Positions 19,103 to 28,603 of a DNA stretch of 64,000 nucleotides are shown one piece after another. Both the position numbers and the translations under genes were made by a program. This DNA is from Candidatus Nitrospinota bacterium M3_3B_026 (GTDB lineage: Bacteria > Nitrospinota_A > UBA7883 > JBPRGF01): positions 128,001 to 192,000 of the forward strand of contig JBPRGF010000033.1 of the NCBI GenBank assembly GCA_051418015.1. Reading direction: 5' to 3'. Each line of letters begins with the position of its first letter. The first letter of the stretch is position 1. The notes beneath the pieces were generated by a model that was given only the letters and a program-made list of their open reading frames with translations, was not told where the DNA came from and did not search any database.

Positions 19103-20569
19103 ATGGCCGCGGGCGACGAGGATAGGAAAAAGGGCGGCGACAGCCTGCCGAGCTTCGAGCAACTGCGGGAGGCCGCCGCCCGGCGCAAGATCGAGGCGGG
19201 GCAGGACATAGACCTGACCATGCCCGAGACGTGGCTCAACCAGTACGCCTTGAGCCCGATGTTCTACACCACGCCAGCCTATTTCATATTCACGATAGCG
19301 CTCGCCTCGGTGGCGGCGTGGGGGCTTGTCTGCTGGGGCTACCAGATAGTCTACGGCATGGGCGTCACGGACCTTAAAAGCCCTGTCTTCTGGGGGATGT
19401 ATATAGCCACCTTCGTCTTCTGGGTGGGGCTGAGCCATTCAGGGACGATGGTCTCCAGCATTCTAAGACTCGTCAAGGCGAACTGGCGCAGGCCCATCCT
19501 GCGCGGCGCGGAGGCCATGACGGCCTTCTCGCTGATGGTGGCGGGGCTCTTCCCGCTGATACACATCGGGCGGATATGGCGGGTCTACTACATGTTTCCC
19601 CTGCCGAACCAGCGGGAGCTTTGGCCGAACTTCCGCAGCCCGCTGGCCTGGGACATGACGGCGATATTCGTCTACCTGACGGCGTCGATGATATTCCTCT
19701 ACGTGGGTCTTTTGCCGGACATAGCCCTGGCCCGCGACCTTTGCCCGAAAAACTACTGGAAGAAAGGCTATCTCAACTTCCTGTCGCTCGGCTGGCGTGG
19801 GACGCACAGGCAGTGGATGGTCTACGAGAAGGCGTCTATCTTTCTTGCGATCTTCGTCCTGATGATCGCGCCGTCGGTGCATACCATCGTCTCCTGGGAC
19901 TTCGCCATGAGCATAACGCCCGGCTGGCACACGTCGATATTCGGCCCCTACTTCGTCGTGGGGGCCATCTACTCCGGCGTGGCTGGCGTGATAACCCTGA
20001 TGGTGATCCTGCGCTGGGTCTTCGACCTGGACGAGATCATAAGGTGGGTGCACCTTTCGAACCTTGCGAAGATGCTTCTTCTGATGTCGCTGATATGGAG
20101 CTACTTTTACTTCACCGAGTTCCTGACGGCCTGGTACGCCCACAACCCGGTGGAGTTCGGCGTCTGGGAGTACCAGGGGGAGCGGTTTTTGAGCCTGATG
20201 CTTACCATGTTGCTGTCGCCGGTCTTCGCCATCGTCGTCCTGTCGTTTTCCAGGGCCAGGAGGAGCCCGCTGATGCTCTTCATCGTCTCCATATACATTA
20301 ATGTCGCCATGTACATAGAGCGCTACCTGATCGTTGTCCCGCCGCTCTCCCACCGTGACAATCCCTTCACATGGACGGATTATTTCCCGTCGGTGGTGGA
20401 GATATCGATAGCCTTCGGGGCGCTGGCCTATTTCCTTTTGCTCTACGCCATATTCTCAAAACTCCTGCCGATAGTGACCGTCGCGGACATAAGGGAGGGG
20501 AAGGTGATAACCGGCGACATGAGGATAGGCAACGCCTACGTCCGCGTGCGCGCGGCGGTGGAGGAATAG
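19103..20569 (+). CDS. actC: ACIII quinol-binding NrfD/PsrC-family membrane subunit (ActC)
   Basis: FVFWVGLSHSGT, IHIGR, NFRSPLAWD, SVHTIVSWDFA..GWH, ~10 TM. Confidence 0.9.
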   Translation: MAAGDEDRKKGGDSLPSFEQLREAAARRKIEAGQDIDLTMPETWLNQYALSPMFYTTPAYFIFTIALASVAAWGLVCWGYQIVYGMGVTDLKSPVFWGMYIATFVFWVGLSHSGTMVSSILRLVKANWRRPILRGAEAMTAFSLMVAGLFPLIHIGRIWRVYYMFPLPNQRELWPNFRSPLAWDMTAIFVYLTASMIFLYVGLLPDIALARDLCPKNYWKKGYLNFLSLGWRGTHRQWMVYEKASIFLAIFVLMIAPSVHTIVSWDFAMSITPGWHTSIFGPYFVVGAIYSGVAGVITLMVILRWVFDLDEIIRWVHLSNLAKMLLLMSLIWSYFYFTEFLTAWYAHNPVEFGVWEYQGERFLSLMLTMLLSPVFAIVVLSFSRARRSPLMLFIVSIYINVAMYIERYLIVVPPLSHRDNPFTWTDYFPSVVEISIAFGALAYFLLLYAIFSKLLPIVTVADIREGKVITGDMRIGNAYVRVRAAVEE

Positions 20570-20572
20570 CCG

Positions 20573-21091
20573 ATGAGCCAGGTTATATTCGGCCTGTTCG
20601 AGCATATAGAGGAGACCGCCAGGACCGTCGCCCCGCTGGAAGAGATACCGGTCTCCCGCGAGAGCATAAACCTCGTCTCCGTCGCGCCCTATCCCAACGG
20701 GACTCTTTTCGAGGACGAGGCGGGGGGGTGGCTGTGGCTTTTCGCGCTGATCGGGGGAGTTCTGGGTTTTTTGCTGGGCGTGGCCCTCGCCGGGGGGACG
20801 CAGGCGCTGATGAACCTCGATGTCGGCGGCAAGCCGCCGGTCTCCTTCCCGGTGATGGGGGTGATTTGCTACGAGACGACCCTGCTTGGCGTCGTCCTGG
20901 GGGTTTTCATCGGGATGCTGTGGATGACGGGCCTGCCGGACTGGACGGATCACGTCTACGACCCGGAGATCAGCCGCGGCAAGGTGGGCCTGCTGGTATG
21001 CTGCCGCGACGAGGAGCAGGCGGAGCGCGTGGAGGCGATCATGAAAGAGCATGGCGCCGTCAGGGTCAAGAAAGGCGAGGAGGAGCTTTGA
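20573..21091 (+). CDS. actD: ACIII subunit ActD (DUF3341-like)
   Basis: Two TM with VGGKP..FP..YETT motif; position after actC. Confidence 0.8.
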   Translation: MSQVIFGLFEHIEETARTVAPLEEIPVSRESINLVSVAPYPNGTLFEDEAGGWLWLFALIGGVLGFLLGVALAGGTQALMNLDVGGKPPVSFPVMGVICYETTLLGVVLGVFIGMLWMTGLPDWTDHVYDPEISRGKVGLLVCCRDEEQAERVEAIMKEHGAVRVKKGEEEL

Positions 21092-21591
21092 GACGGAAAG
21101 CCATCGCCGCCGCGCTCATGGCGATCGTCTTCGCCGCCGCCGGGTGTGAGAACGTGGATAGGGATATGCACGACCAGCCCTCCTACAGGGTCCAGGAGGC
21201 GCCGCGCAGGACTATCCCCGAGGGGGCCGTGCCAGTCTCGGGCTTGCCGGCCGACTACAGCGGCGTCGACGGGGCGACGCTCGCCGCGCCCTTCCCCCTG
21301 GACGGCAAAGCGGCGGCGAAAGGCGAAAAGCTTTACGGAACGTATTGCGCCGTCTGCCACGGCGAGGACGGGACGTCCCGCACTCAGGTGGCGGACAAGA
21401 TGGACGCCCGGCCCTTTTCGCTTGTCGAGGAGAGCGCCATGGCGCTCACCGACGGTGAAATTTTCGTGAAGATACTGGAAAGTGACACGCTCATGCCCAA
21501 CTACAGGAACGAGCTTTCCGACGGGGAGGCATGGGAGATAACGGCGTTCGTGAGAAAACTGCAACAAGACTCCATACAGTCGGGAGGGTGA
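21088..21591 (+). CDS. actE: ACIII monoheme cytochrome c lipoprotein (ActE)
   Basis: TTG start overlapping actD stop; FAAAGC lipobox, DMHDQP, PEGAVP, CAVCH, distal MP. Confidence 0.8.
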   Translation: MRRKAIAAALMAIVFAAAGCENVDRDMHDQPSYRVQEAPRRTIPEGAVPVSGLPADYSGVDGATLAAPFPLDGKAAAKGEKLYGTYCAVCHGEDGTSRTQVADKMDARPFSLVEESAMALTDGEIFVKILESDTLMPNYRNELSDGEAWEITAFVRKLQQDSIQSGG

Positions 21592-21596
21592 GGATC

Positions 21597-22298
21597 ATGA
21601 GGTTTCCGGTCTGCTATCGGCTATTTTTCCGGCGCTCTCTCGCGGCGCCGGTCTTGTCCGCGCTGGCGTTCGCCGTCTTGTACATGACGGCTCCATCCCA
21701 GGCCCAGGCGGGGCCGGACCCGAGAATAGGACACCATCTGTACCGCTCGTACTGCTACGTCTGCCACGGCCCGGAGGGGAGAAACTCCGGCCCCCTTGCC
21801 CGCAAGATGGGCCTGGGGCCGGCGGACCTGACGTCGAAGCGATACCAGCGGATGAGCGTCGGGAAGCTGGCGGGCCTTATCGCGGGCTACTCAAGGGACA
21901 AAGACTCGAAAATGCCGAAATGGGGCGAGGCGCTGCCGGAGGCGAACATCGAGCACTTGGCCGCCTATATCCTCCAGATCGACAGAGAGGATATCCTCAC
22001 GAGGGGGGACGTCAGGCGGGGACGGGACACCTTCAACAAATCGTGCGTCGCGTGCCACGGGACGAGAGGCGAGGGCGACGGTGTCCTGGCGGTCCTCATA
22101 GGCATCCCCATGGTCGATTTCACCGACGGGGAAAAAATGAAAGCCGTCAGCGGTAAGGCGCTGGTCAGGTCCATCAGCCAGGGCAAGGGCGAATACATGC
22201 CTTCCTGGGCAGGGATATTGAGCGACATGGAGATCGTCGACGTCGCCGCATACGTCAAAAGCCTTGGCGGACAGCCGCTGAAAAAAACTACGCGCTGA
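21597..22298 (+). CDS. Periplasmic diheme class I cytochrome c
   Basis: Signal peptide ending AQA; CYVCH..MPKW and CVACH..MPSW. Confidence 0.85.
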   Translation: MRFPVCYRLFFRRSLAAPVLSALAFAVLYMTAPSQAQAGPDPRIGHHLYRSYCYVCHGPEGRNSGPLARKMGLGPADLTSKRYQRMSVGKLAGLIAGYSRDKDSKMPKWGEALPEANIEHLAAYILQIDREDILTRGDVRRGRDTFNKSCVACHGTRGEGDGVLAVLIGIPMVDFTDGEKMKAVSGKALVRSISQGKGEYMPSWAGILSDMEIVDVAAYVKSLGGQPLKKTTR

Positions 22299-22418
22299 GC
22301 GGCGCGAGACGTTACTCTCCCTTTCCCGTCGGCGGTACAGTCTCCATCCATATCCAGCCTTGGTTCGTTCGCCCCCTCTTTATACTCAATCTAAAATATG
22401 AAATATAACGATACATTA

Positions 22419-22447
22419 TTGACAAGGGCTTCTGGATAAGATATGAT
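22419..22447 (+). promoter_or_regulatory. Sigma70-type promoter
   Basis: TTGACA-17 bp-TATGAT with AT-rich upstream tract, ahead of the 22520 ORF. Confidence 0.75.
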
Positions 22448-22519
22448 TTGTTACATCTTCTGGTTGAGGGGGGAATCGGGAGATAGCTGGAGCGCCACTA
22501 GCAATGAGGGGGTTGTAAC

Positions 22520-25237
22520 TTGTTTTTTCACTCCAGGTGTGTGCCCGCGGCTGTAATCGCCTCTTTTCCCTTCCTGTTTTTCATGCTTTTTGCGTCCATG
22601 GGTTGCGGCTCGGATCCGTCGGCGGACGGCGGGGCCTCTTTGGAGGAGTCCGGCGCTGTGTCAGGACGGGTGGTGAAAGGCCCCGTGGAGGGAGGCTCTG
22701 TCCTTGTCTACAGCCTGGGCGCGGACGGCGGGAGATTGGAGGTTCTGGCGGAGGTAGTGACGGGCGCGGGCGGCGTCTTTTCGTTGGATGAGGATTTCCC
22801 CTTCCCAGTGGAGGCGGTCGTCACCGGCGGAAGCTACGTGGACGAGGCGACGGGCGTCATCGTGGACATGACCGGGATGGAGATGAACGCCTTTCTCCCC
22901 GCGGGTCTGCGAAAAGGCGATACAGTGACGGTAAGCCCCGTGACGGCCATGGCCGCAAGACAGGCGCGGCACAGGATATCCAACGGAGAAGAGGTGGGTG
23001 AGGCGGCTGAAAACGCCGCCGCGGACGTGGCCCGGCAGGTGGGGCTTGAGGGGATTGACATACTCCATACCACGCCCGCCGACCTTTCGGCTCCGGATGG
23101 CGCGGAAGGGGCCACGGACGCGGGGGTGCGATACGGGCTTGTCCTCGCGGCGCTCTCTCAATGCGCCATGGCGAACGGCCTGCCGCCGGACCAGACGCTC
23201 GCCATGATAGAAGGCATCGCCGCGGACATGGCGGACGGCGCTCTCGACGACCCTGCGAGCGCGGCCATGATCGCCGGACTCGGCCATCGGGCGGAGGATT
23301 TTCTCACGTCGCCGTTCAACTTGAGCGGAGTGGGGCCGGGCGGAGTGGTTATAACGCCTGATCCATCCCTTCCCGGCTCCGGGCATGACCCCGGCGCGCA
23401 AAACACTGACGATGACGGGTCAGAAAACACGGATGACGGGTCGGAAAACACGGATCAAGGGCCGGCCGACACCGACGGTGACGGTGTCTACGACGACTCC
23501 GACAACTGCCCGAGCGCGCCCAACGCCAGCCAGACCGATACCGACAGCGACGGGACGGGAGACGCCTGCGACGCGGACGATGACGGTGATGGTATACTCG
23601 ACGGCTCCGACAACTGTCCCCTTATCGTCAACCCATCACAGACGGACAGCGATGGCGACGGGACGGGCGACGCCTGTGATTCCGACACCGACGGCGACGG
23701 GATACCGGACGACTCCGACAACTGCCCGAGCGCGCCCAACGCCTCGCAGACCGACACCGATGGTGACGGCGCGGGAGACGCCTGCGACGCGGACGATGAC
23801 GGTGATGGTATACTCGACGGCTCCGACAACTGTCCCCTTATCGTCAACCCATCACAGACGGACAGCGATGGCGACGGGACAGGCGACGCCTGTGATTCCG
23901 ACACCGACGGCGACGGGATACCAGACGACTTCGACAACTGCCCGAACACATCCAACGCCAGCCAGGCCGACACCGACGGCGACGGAACGGGCGACGCCTG
24001 TGACTCCGACGACGATGGCGACGGCGTGGACGACGGATCCGACAATTGCCCCCTCGCCGCCAATCCATCGCAGACTGACACCGATGGTGACGGGACGGGC
24101 GACGCCTGCGACGCGGACGCCGACGGCGACGGGATACCGGATGGCTCCGATAACTGCCCGAACGACTCCAACCCCTCGCAGGCCGACACCGACGGCGACG
24201 GTATTGGTGACGCCTGCGACCCTGACGCCGACAACGACGGGATACCGGACGGCTCCGACAACTGCCCGAACACGTCGAACCCCGGCCAGGAAGATAACTA
24301 CGGCGGCCCAGACGGCGACGCCTGCGAGGACTCCGACACCGACGGCGTCTTCGACATCTCCGACAACTGCCCGGCCATGGCTAACGCGGATCAGACGGAC
24401 GCCGACAACGACGGGACGGGGGACGTCTGCGACGCCTGCGTTACTATCGCCGACATAACATTTCCTGATTCGGCTCTGGGAAACAGCGTGGTCGCCACCG
24501 CCGTCGGCAAGGGCTGGACTTGCGCCAGCGAGATGACGGAACTGCGAAATAGCCGGTCCAAGGGGATTAGCGATATTTCCGGCCTTGAAAGCTTCACGAA
24601 TATGCAGACGCTCTTTTTGGACAATAACAACATCTCTGACGTGTCGCCCCTCACCGGCCTCACCAGCCTTGAAACCCTCTACCTGGACAACAACGACATT
24701 GTGGACGTGTCGCCGCTCTCCGGCCTCACTAGCCTGCAGTCGCTGCAGTTGAAGTTCAATGACATCGTGGACTTATCGCCTCTTTCGGGCCTTACCAGTT
24801 TGACGTCGCTGAATTTGAGCAACAACTATCAGATAGTGGACGTATCGCCCCTCGCCGGCCTCACGGGCCTGGAGGATCTAGGTCTTAGGTACAACAGCAT
24901 CGTGGATGTATCGCCGCTCTCCGGCCTTGTGAATCTTTGGTATCTGAGCCTTGACCACAACAACATCGTGGACGTGTCGCCCCTCTCCGGACTCACCGGA
25001 TTGAATTACCTGTATCTTGCGTACAACGATATCGGCGGGCAGGGCGTGGGGAACGTGGACAGTCTCGTTACGCTTGTCAACGTTTGGGCGCCGTTTCAGC
25101 TTCAGGCCAATACCGGCATGTCATGCGCGGAGCTGACCACGCTGATAAACGCCCTCGGCTCGCCTCCGGTCGACACGGACGGCAACGCGGGCAATTCCGA
25201 CACGGCGCAGCCCGGCGTGAACTGCACGAACCCGTGA
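22520..25237 (+). CDS. Surface lipoprotein with thrombospondin type-3 repeats and internalin-type LRRs
   Basis: FASMGC lipobox; many DNCP..Q.D.DGDG.GDAC units; 22-aa LRRs such as [22 protein letters not shown]. Confidence 0.85.
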   Translation: MFFHSRCVPAAVIASFPFLFFMLFASMGCGSDPSADGGASLEESGAVSGRVVKGPVEGGSVLVYSLGADGGRLEVLAEVVTGAGGVFSLDEDFPFPVEAVVTGGSYVDEATGVIVDMTGMEMNAFLPAGLRKGDTVTVSPVTAMAARQARHRISNGEEVGEAAENAAADVARQVGLEGIDILHTTPADLSAPDGAEGATDAGVRYGLVLAALSQCAMANGLPPDQTLAMIEGIAADMADGALDDPASAAMIAGLGHRAEDFLTSPFNLSGVGPGGVVITPDPSLPGSGHDPGAQNTDDDGSENTDDGSENTDQGPADTDGDGVYDDSDNCPSAPNASQTDTDSDGTGDACDADDDGDGILDGSDNCPLIVNPSQTDSDGDGTGDACDSDTDGDGIPDDSDNCPSAPNASQTDTDGDGAGDACDADDDGDGILDGSDNCPLIVNPSQTDSDGDGTGDACDSDTDGDGIPDDFDNCPNTSNASQADTDGDGTGDACDSDDDGDGVDDGSDNCPLAANPSQTDTDGDGTGDACDADADGDGIPDGSDNCPNDSNPSQADTDGDGIGDACDPDADNDGIPDGSDNCPNTSNPGQEDNYGGPDGDACEDSDTDGVFDISDNCPAMANADQTDADNDGTGDVCDACVTIADITFPDSALGNSVVATAVGKGWTCASEMTELRNSRSKGISDISGLESFTNMQTLFLDNNNISDVSPLTGLTSLETLYLDNNDIVDVSPLSGLTSLQSLQLKFNDIVDLSPLSGLTSLTSLNLSNNYQIVDVSPLAGLTGLEDLGLRYNSIVDVSPLSGLVNLWYLSLDHNNIVDVSPLSGLTGLNYLYLAYNDIGGQGVGNVDSLVTLVNVWAPFQLQANTGMSCAELTTLINALGSPPVDTDGNAGNSDTAQPGVNCTNP
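23411..23452 (+). repeat. 21-bp tandem repeat encoding DDGSENT x2
   Basis: GATGACGGGTCAGAAAACACG / GATGACGGGTCGGAAAACACG. Confidence 0.85.
23492..23923 (+). repeat. Near-identical 216-bp tandem duplication within the TSP3 array
   Basis: 72-aa unit beginning [14 protein letters not shown] at 23492 and 23708; synonymous sites mostly shared. Confidence 0.85.
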
Positions 25238-25345
25238 GGCGGCGCGGGTAGCGGCCGCATGGCGCGAGGCCGTCATGCGGCCATCGCGCGATCGCCCCCC
25301 GGCGTGTGTTATCCTTACCTTAAAAAAACTTCGAAAGAGCCATAC

Positions 25346-25987
25346 ATGACGCTGGAGATAGCGCGGGTCACCGTCGGCCCGCTGGAGGTTAACTGCTACG
25401 TCGCCGGATGCCCGGAGCACAAGGTGTGCGCGGTGATCGATCCGGGCGATTCTTCCAAGAGAGTTCTCGCCGAAGTGGAGAGCCGCGGCTGGGACGTGAA
25501 GTACATAATCAACACCCACGGCCACGCCGACCACATGGGCGCCAACGCGAAGATCAAGGAGGCCGCGGGCGCGCCCGTCCTCATCCACAAGGACGACGCC
25601 GCCATGGCCACGAGCGCCGAGATGCGCGACATGGCGGCCTACCTTGGCGTGGGGGCGCCGCCGGAGCCGGACAGGCTCATCGAGGACGGCGATGTCATCG
25701 AGCTTTGCCCGTGCGCAAGCTTCGAGGTGATCCACACGCCGGGCCATTCGCCGGGCGGGGTGTGCCTGCGCGCGGGAGACGTTCTTTTCACCGGGGACAC
25801 GCTTTTCAAGATGTCCATCGGCAGGTCCGACCTGCCGGGGGGCGACCAGGCGGAGCTCATGCGGTCGATAAAGCGGAAGATCCTTGCTCTCCCCGATGAT
25901 GTCTCGGTCTATCCCGGCCACGGCGAGGCGACGACCGTCGGCTTCGAGAAAAAGAGCAACCCTTTCCTCATCGGCGCCTTCGCCTGA
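25346..25987 (+). CDS. MBL-fold hydrolase (glyoxalase II/YcbL-like)
   Basis: VGPLEVNCY, THGHADH, HTPGHSPG, FTGDTLF, GRSDLPGG, YPGHG. Confidence 0.9.
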   Translation: MTLEIARVTVGPLEVNCYVAGCPEHKVCAVIDPGDSSKRVLAEVESRGWDVKYIINTHGHADHMGANAKIKEAAGAPVLIHKDDAAMATSAEMRDMAAYLGVGAPPEPDRLIEDGDVIELCPCASFEVIHTPGHSPGGVCLRAGDVLFTGDTLFKMSIGRSDLPGGDQAELMRSIKRKILALPDDVSVYPGHGEATTVGFEKKSNPFLIGAFA

Positions 25988-25997
25988 CACCGCGGCC

Positions 25998-27170
25998 ATG
26001 AAACGCTGGTCGAGGGATCGAGCTTTCGCAGCCTGGCTCGCCGCCGCCCTTATCGCTTCGGGGTGTGGTAAAGGTGGTGGCGGCTCCAGCGGCGGCGGCG
26101 CGGGCGAGCCGGGCTCTCAATACCTTTCGGCGGCGCGATACATGGAGCCGGGATCGACGGAGGGGCCTTTCACCGTGGACGTTCCGGAAGGCGCGGCGTC
26201 GTTCACCATAATCGCCGACGGAGGCGACACGTCGGACATGGATATCTCAAGCCTTGTCGATCCCACAGGCAGGCGGATGATAACCGACGGTCTGGACGAC
26301 CCCATGGGAAGGAACACGGCGCAGGCGTCCGGCCAGAGTGTTGTGGCGATAACCATACCCCACGGCGGGGGCTACGCCTTCACGCCGGGCCGGTGGTCTT
26401 TCGACGTGACCCATTACGCAAGCCCCGGCGGCGGCAGGGACGTATCCGTTTACGCGATGGTCAAGGACGCGGAGGGAGACGAGCTGGGCCTGAACCTGTG
26501 GCTGGTGGGGATGGGAGACTTATCCAGCGTGGACGAGGCCGCCCTCGAGACCATAATGGACGAGGCGGAAAGGCTTATGGCGGCGGCGGGGGCGCAAATA
26601 GGCGGGACGAAGCGCCATTTCATCACCGGTGAGGCCGGCGAGCGCCTGACCTACATAGACCTGGACTCGGACTCCAACTACAACGGCCAGCCGGACGGCA
26701 TGGACGAGCTTTTCAGGTTGTCGGCCTCCGCGGACAACGATTACGTGAACATCTTCTTCGTCCGCTATATCGGCCAGGGCGTCATAGGCTACTCAGGGGG
26801 CATCCCCGGCCCGCCGCTGATCCAGGGGACGGCTCACTCCGGCGTGATCGTCTCCACCCTCGGCGGGTTTTCGAACATGACGCGGGCAGACCTCAAGATG
26901 CAGGGCGCGACCATCGCCCACGAAGTGGGTCACTACCTGGGGCTTTTTCACACCACCGAGAGGAGCGGCGCCGAGTTCGACCCGATATCCGACACGCCCG
27001 CGTGCGCAAGGAGTGAATACGACAAAAACGGCGACGGGCGGGTCTCCCCCCTCGAATGCCGGGGCGTGGACGGGCCGAACCTGATGTTCTGGGCCGCCGC
27101 CTCCTATCCGCAGGAGACGCTGACCGAGACCCAGGGGCGCGTCCTGCGCCTGAGCCCCGCCGTGAAATAA
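25998..27170 (+). CDS. Zinc metalloprotease lipoprotein (metzincin, M43-like)
   Basis: IASGC lipobox; HEVGHYLGLFH, DPISDTP, NLMF Met-turn. Confidence 0.8.
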   Translation: MKRWSRDRAFAAWLAAALIASGCGKGGGGSSGGGAGEPGSQYLSAARYMEPGSTEGPFTVDVPEGAASFTIIADGGDTSDMDISSLVDPTGRRMITDGLDDPMGRNTAQASGQSVVAITIPHGGGYAFTPGRWSFDVTHYASPGGGRDVSVYAMVKDAEGDELGLNLWLVGMGDLSSVDEAALETIMDEAERLMAAAGAQIGGTKRHFITGEAGERLTYIDLDSDSNYNGQPDGMDELFRLSASADNDYVNIFFVRYIGQGVIGYSGGIPGPPLIQGTAHSGVIVSTLGGFSNMTRADLKMQGATIAHEVGHYLGLFHTTERSGAEFDPISDTPACARSEYDKNGDGRVSPLECRGVDGPNLMFWAAASYPQETLTETQGRVLRLSPAVK

Positions 27171-27200
27171 TCCCCTGTGGCGCGGTATAATGCGCCCACG

Positions 27201-27488
27201 ATGACCGACGCTCCCCGCCGTGGAAAAACAGATGACGAAGCCGCCCTGCGCGCGATGGAGGAGGCGGCGCGCAAGCTGGGGCTGGAGGTGGAGTACAAAA
27301 GCCTCGGCGACGACGAGATCGACGTCGCCTCGGGCGCGTGCCGCGTGAAGGATAGGCGGCTGCTGATAGTCGACAGCCGCCTGCCCGCCGCCCTGCGGGT
27401 GAAGGCGATGGCGCGTGTCCTGCGCAACATGGAGACGGAGACGGTCTACCTGCCTCCGCTGGCCAGGGAAATCATGGAATCCGCCTGA
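27201..27488 (+). CDS. Hypothetical protein upstream of lpxK
   Basis: Coherent ORF ending 3 bp before lpxK; TATAAT just upstream. Confidence 0.65.
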   Translation: MTDAPRRGKTDDEAALRAMEEAARKLGLEVEYKSLGDDEIDVASGACRVKDRRLLIVDSRLPAALRVKAMARVLRNMETETVYLPPLAREIMESA

Positions 27489-27491
27489 CCG

Positions 27492-28592
27492 ATGAGCTTT
27501 CTTCCAGGCGCCCTTCGCGAAAGGGTCGAGCGCATAATCCGGGGCGACGCCGCGCCCGGCGCTCTGTATATCCCCCTCGCCGCCGCGGAGGCTTTTTACT
27601 CGCTCGCCGCGGCGGCGAGGAACGGATTTTACAAAGCCGGAGTTCTCAGGCCGGGGAGGGCGCCTGTCAAGGTGATAAGCGCCGGGGCGCTGACCGTGGG
27701 AGGGGCTGGCAAGACGCCCTTCGCCGCCCTGCTCGCTCGCAAACTGATGGCCAAAAAACCGGGGGTGCTCTCCCGCGGCTACGGGGGCCGTTTTCCCGGG
27801 AGTGTCTACGTCGTCTCCGACGGCCGCCGCGTGACCGGCGATCCGCCGCCGGTCTCCGCCGATGAGCCCTACATGCTGGCCTTGAAGCTGCCCGGCGTCC
27901 CCGTCGTCCTGGCGCCGAGGAGGATAGAGGGCGCGCGGCTGATGGCCGAGAAGCTCGGTGTCGAAACGATAATCCTGGACGACGGCTTCCAGCATCGCGC
28001 CATCCACAGGGACCTCGACATCCTTCTGCTCGACGCCGGGCTCCTGCGCCGGGGCGTGAGGCTGCTGCCGCTCGGGCCGTTGCGCGAGCCTCTGAGCGCG
28101 GCGGGGCGCGCCGATGTCATCGTCGTCACAGGCGTGAGCACGGATAACGACGACGGCTTCGCGGAGCTTGCGGAGGCGATCAGACGCACCGTGGGCGGGG
28201 AGAAAACCATAGCCGCCGTCTCCGGCTCCATCACGGGCTTTGCCAGCTTGGATGGCGAGTTGCGGGAAAAACCCGGCGGGAGCGCTTTCGTCTTCTCCGG
28301 CGTGGCGGACCCCGGCCGGTTCGCAAGGTCGCTGTCTGGCGCGGGCGTCAGAATCGCGGGAAGTCTTTCTTTTCCGGACCATCACATGTTCACGCGGGAG
28401 GACGTTGACAGGATCGTCCGGGAGAAGGAGAGGACGGGAGCGGAGTTCATCGTCACCACGGAAAAGGACGGCGTCCGCCTGTTAAGGAGCGCCGGACGGC
28501 TTGGGCCGGAGCTTCTGCTGGCCGTTTACGAGATGAGGATCACCAGCGGTGAAAAAGCCCTGGACGAGGCGCTCGCCTCCGCCCTGGGGTAG
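27492..28592 (+). CDS. lpxK: Tetraacyldisaccharide 4'-kinase
   Basis: TVGGAGKTP, LSRGYG, ADEP, LDDGFQH, LPLGPLREP, FPDHH, TTEKD. Confidence 0.95.
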   Translation: MSFLPGALRERVERIIRGDAAPGALYIPLAAAEAFYSLAAAARNGFYKAGVLRPGRAPVKVISAGALTVGGAGKTPFAALLARKLMAKKPGVLSRGYGGRFPGSVYVVSDGRRVTGDPPPVSADEPYMLALKLPGVPVVLAPRRIEGARLMAEKLGVETIILDDGFQHRAIHRDLDILLLDAGLLRRGVRLLPLGPLREPLSAAGRADVIVVTGVSTDNDDGFAELAEAIRRTVGGEKTIAAVSGSITGFASLDGELREKPGGSAFVFSGVADPGRFARSLSGAGVRIAGSLSFPDHHMFTREDVDRIVREKERTGAEFIVTTEKDGVRLLRSAGRLGPELLLAVYEMRITSGEKALDEALASALG

Positions 28593-28603
28593 CCTTGCGC
28601 CCT

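Noticed and set aside
20371..21087. N-terminal extension of ActE in the ORF track
   Set aside because: Overlaps actC/actD; the lipoprotein signal begins at TTG 21088
23385..24458. Thr/Pro-rich and Ser/Pro-rich repetitive ORFs; possible CRISPR-like periodicity
   Set aside because: Alternative frames of the TSP3 coding repeats; no constant repeat with unique spacers and no cas genes
24560..25030. LRR variability as a diversity-generating retroelement target
   Set aside because: No reverse transcriptase or template repeat seen in the window
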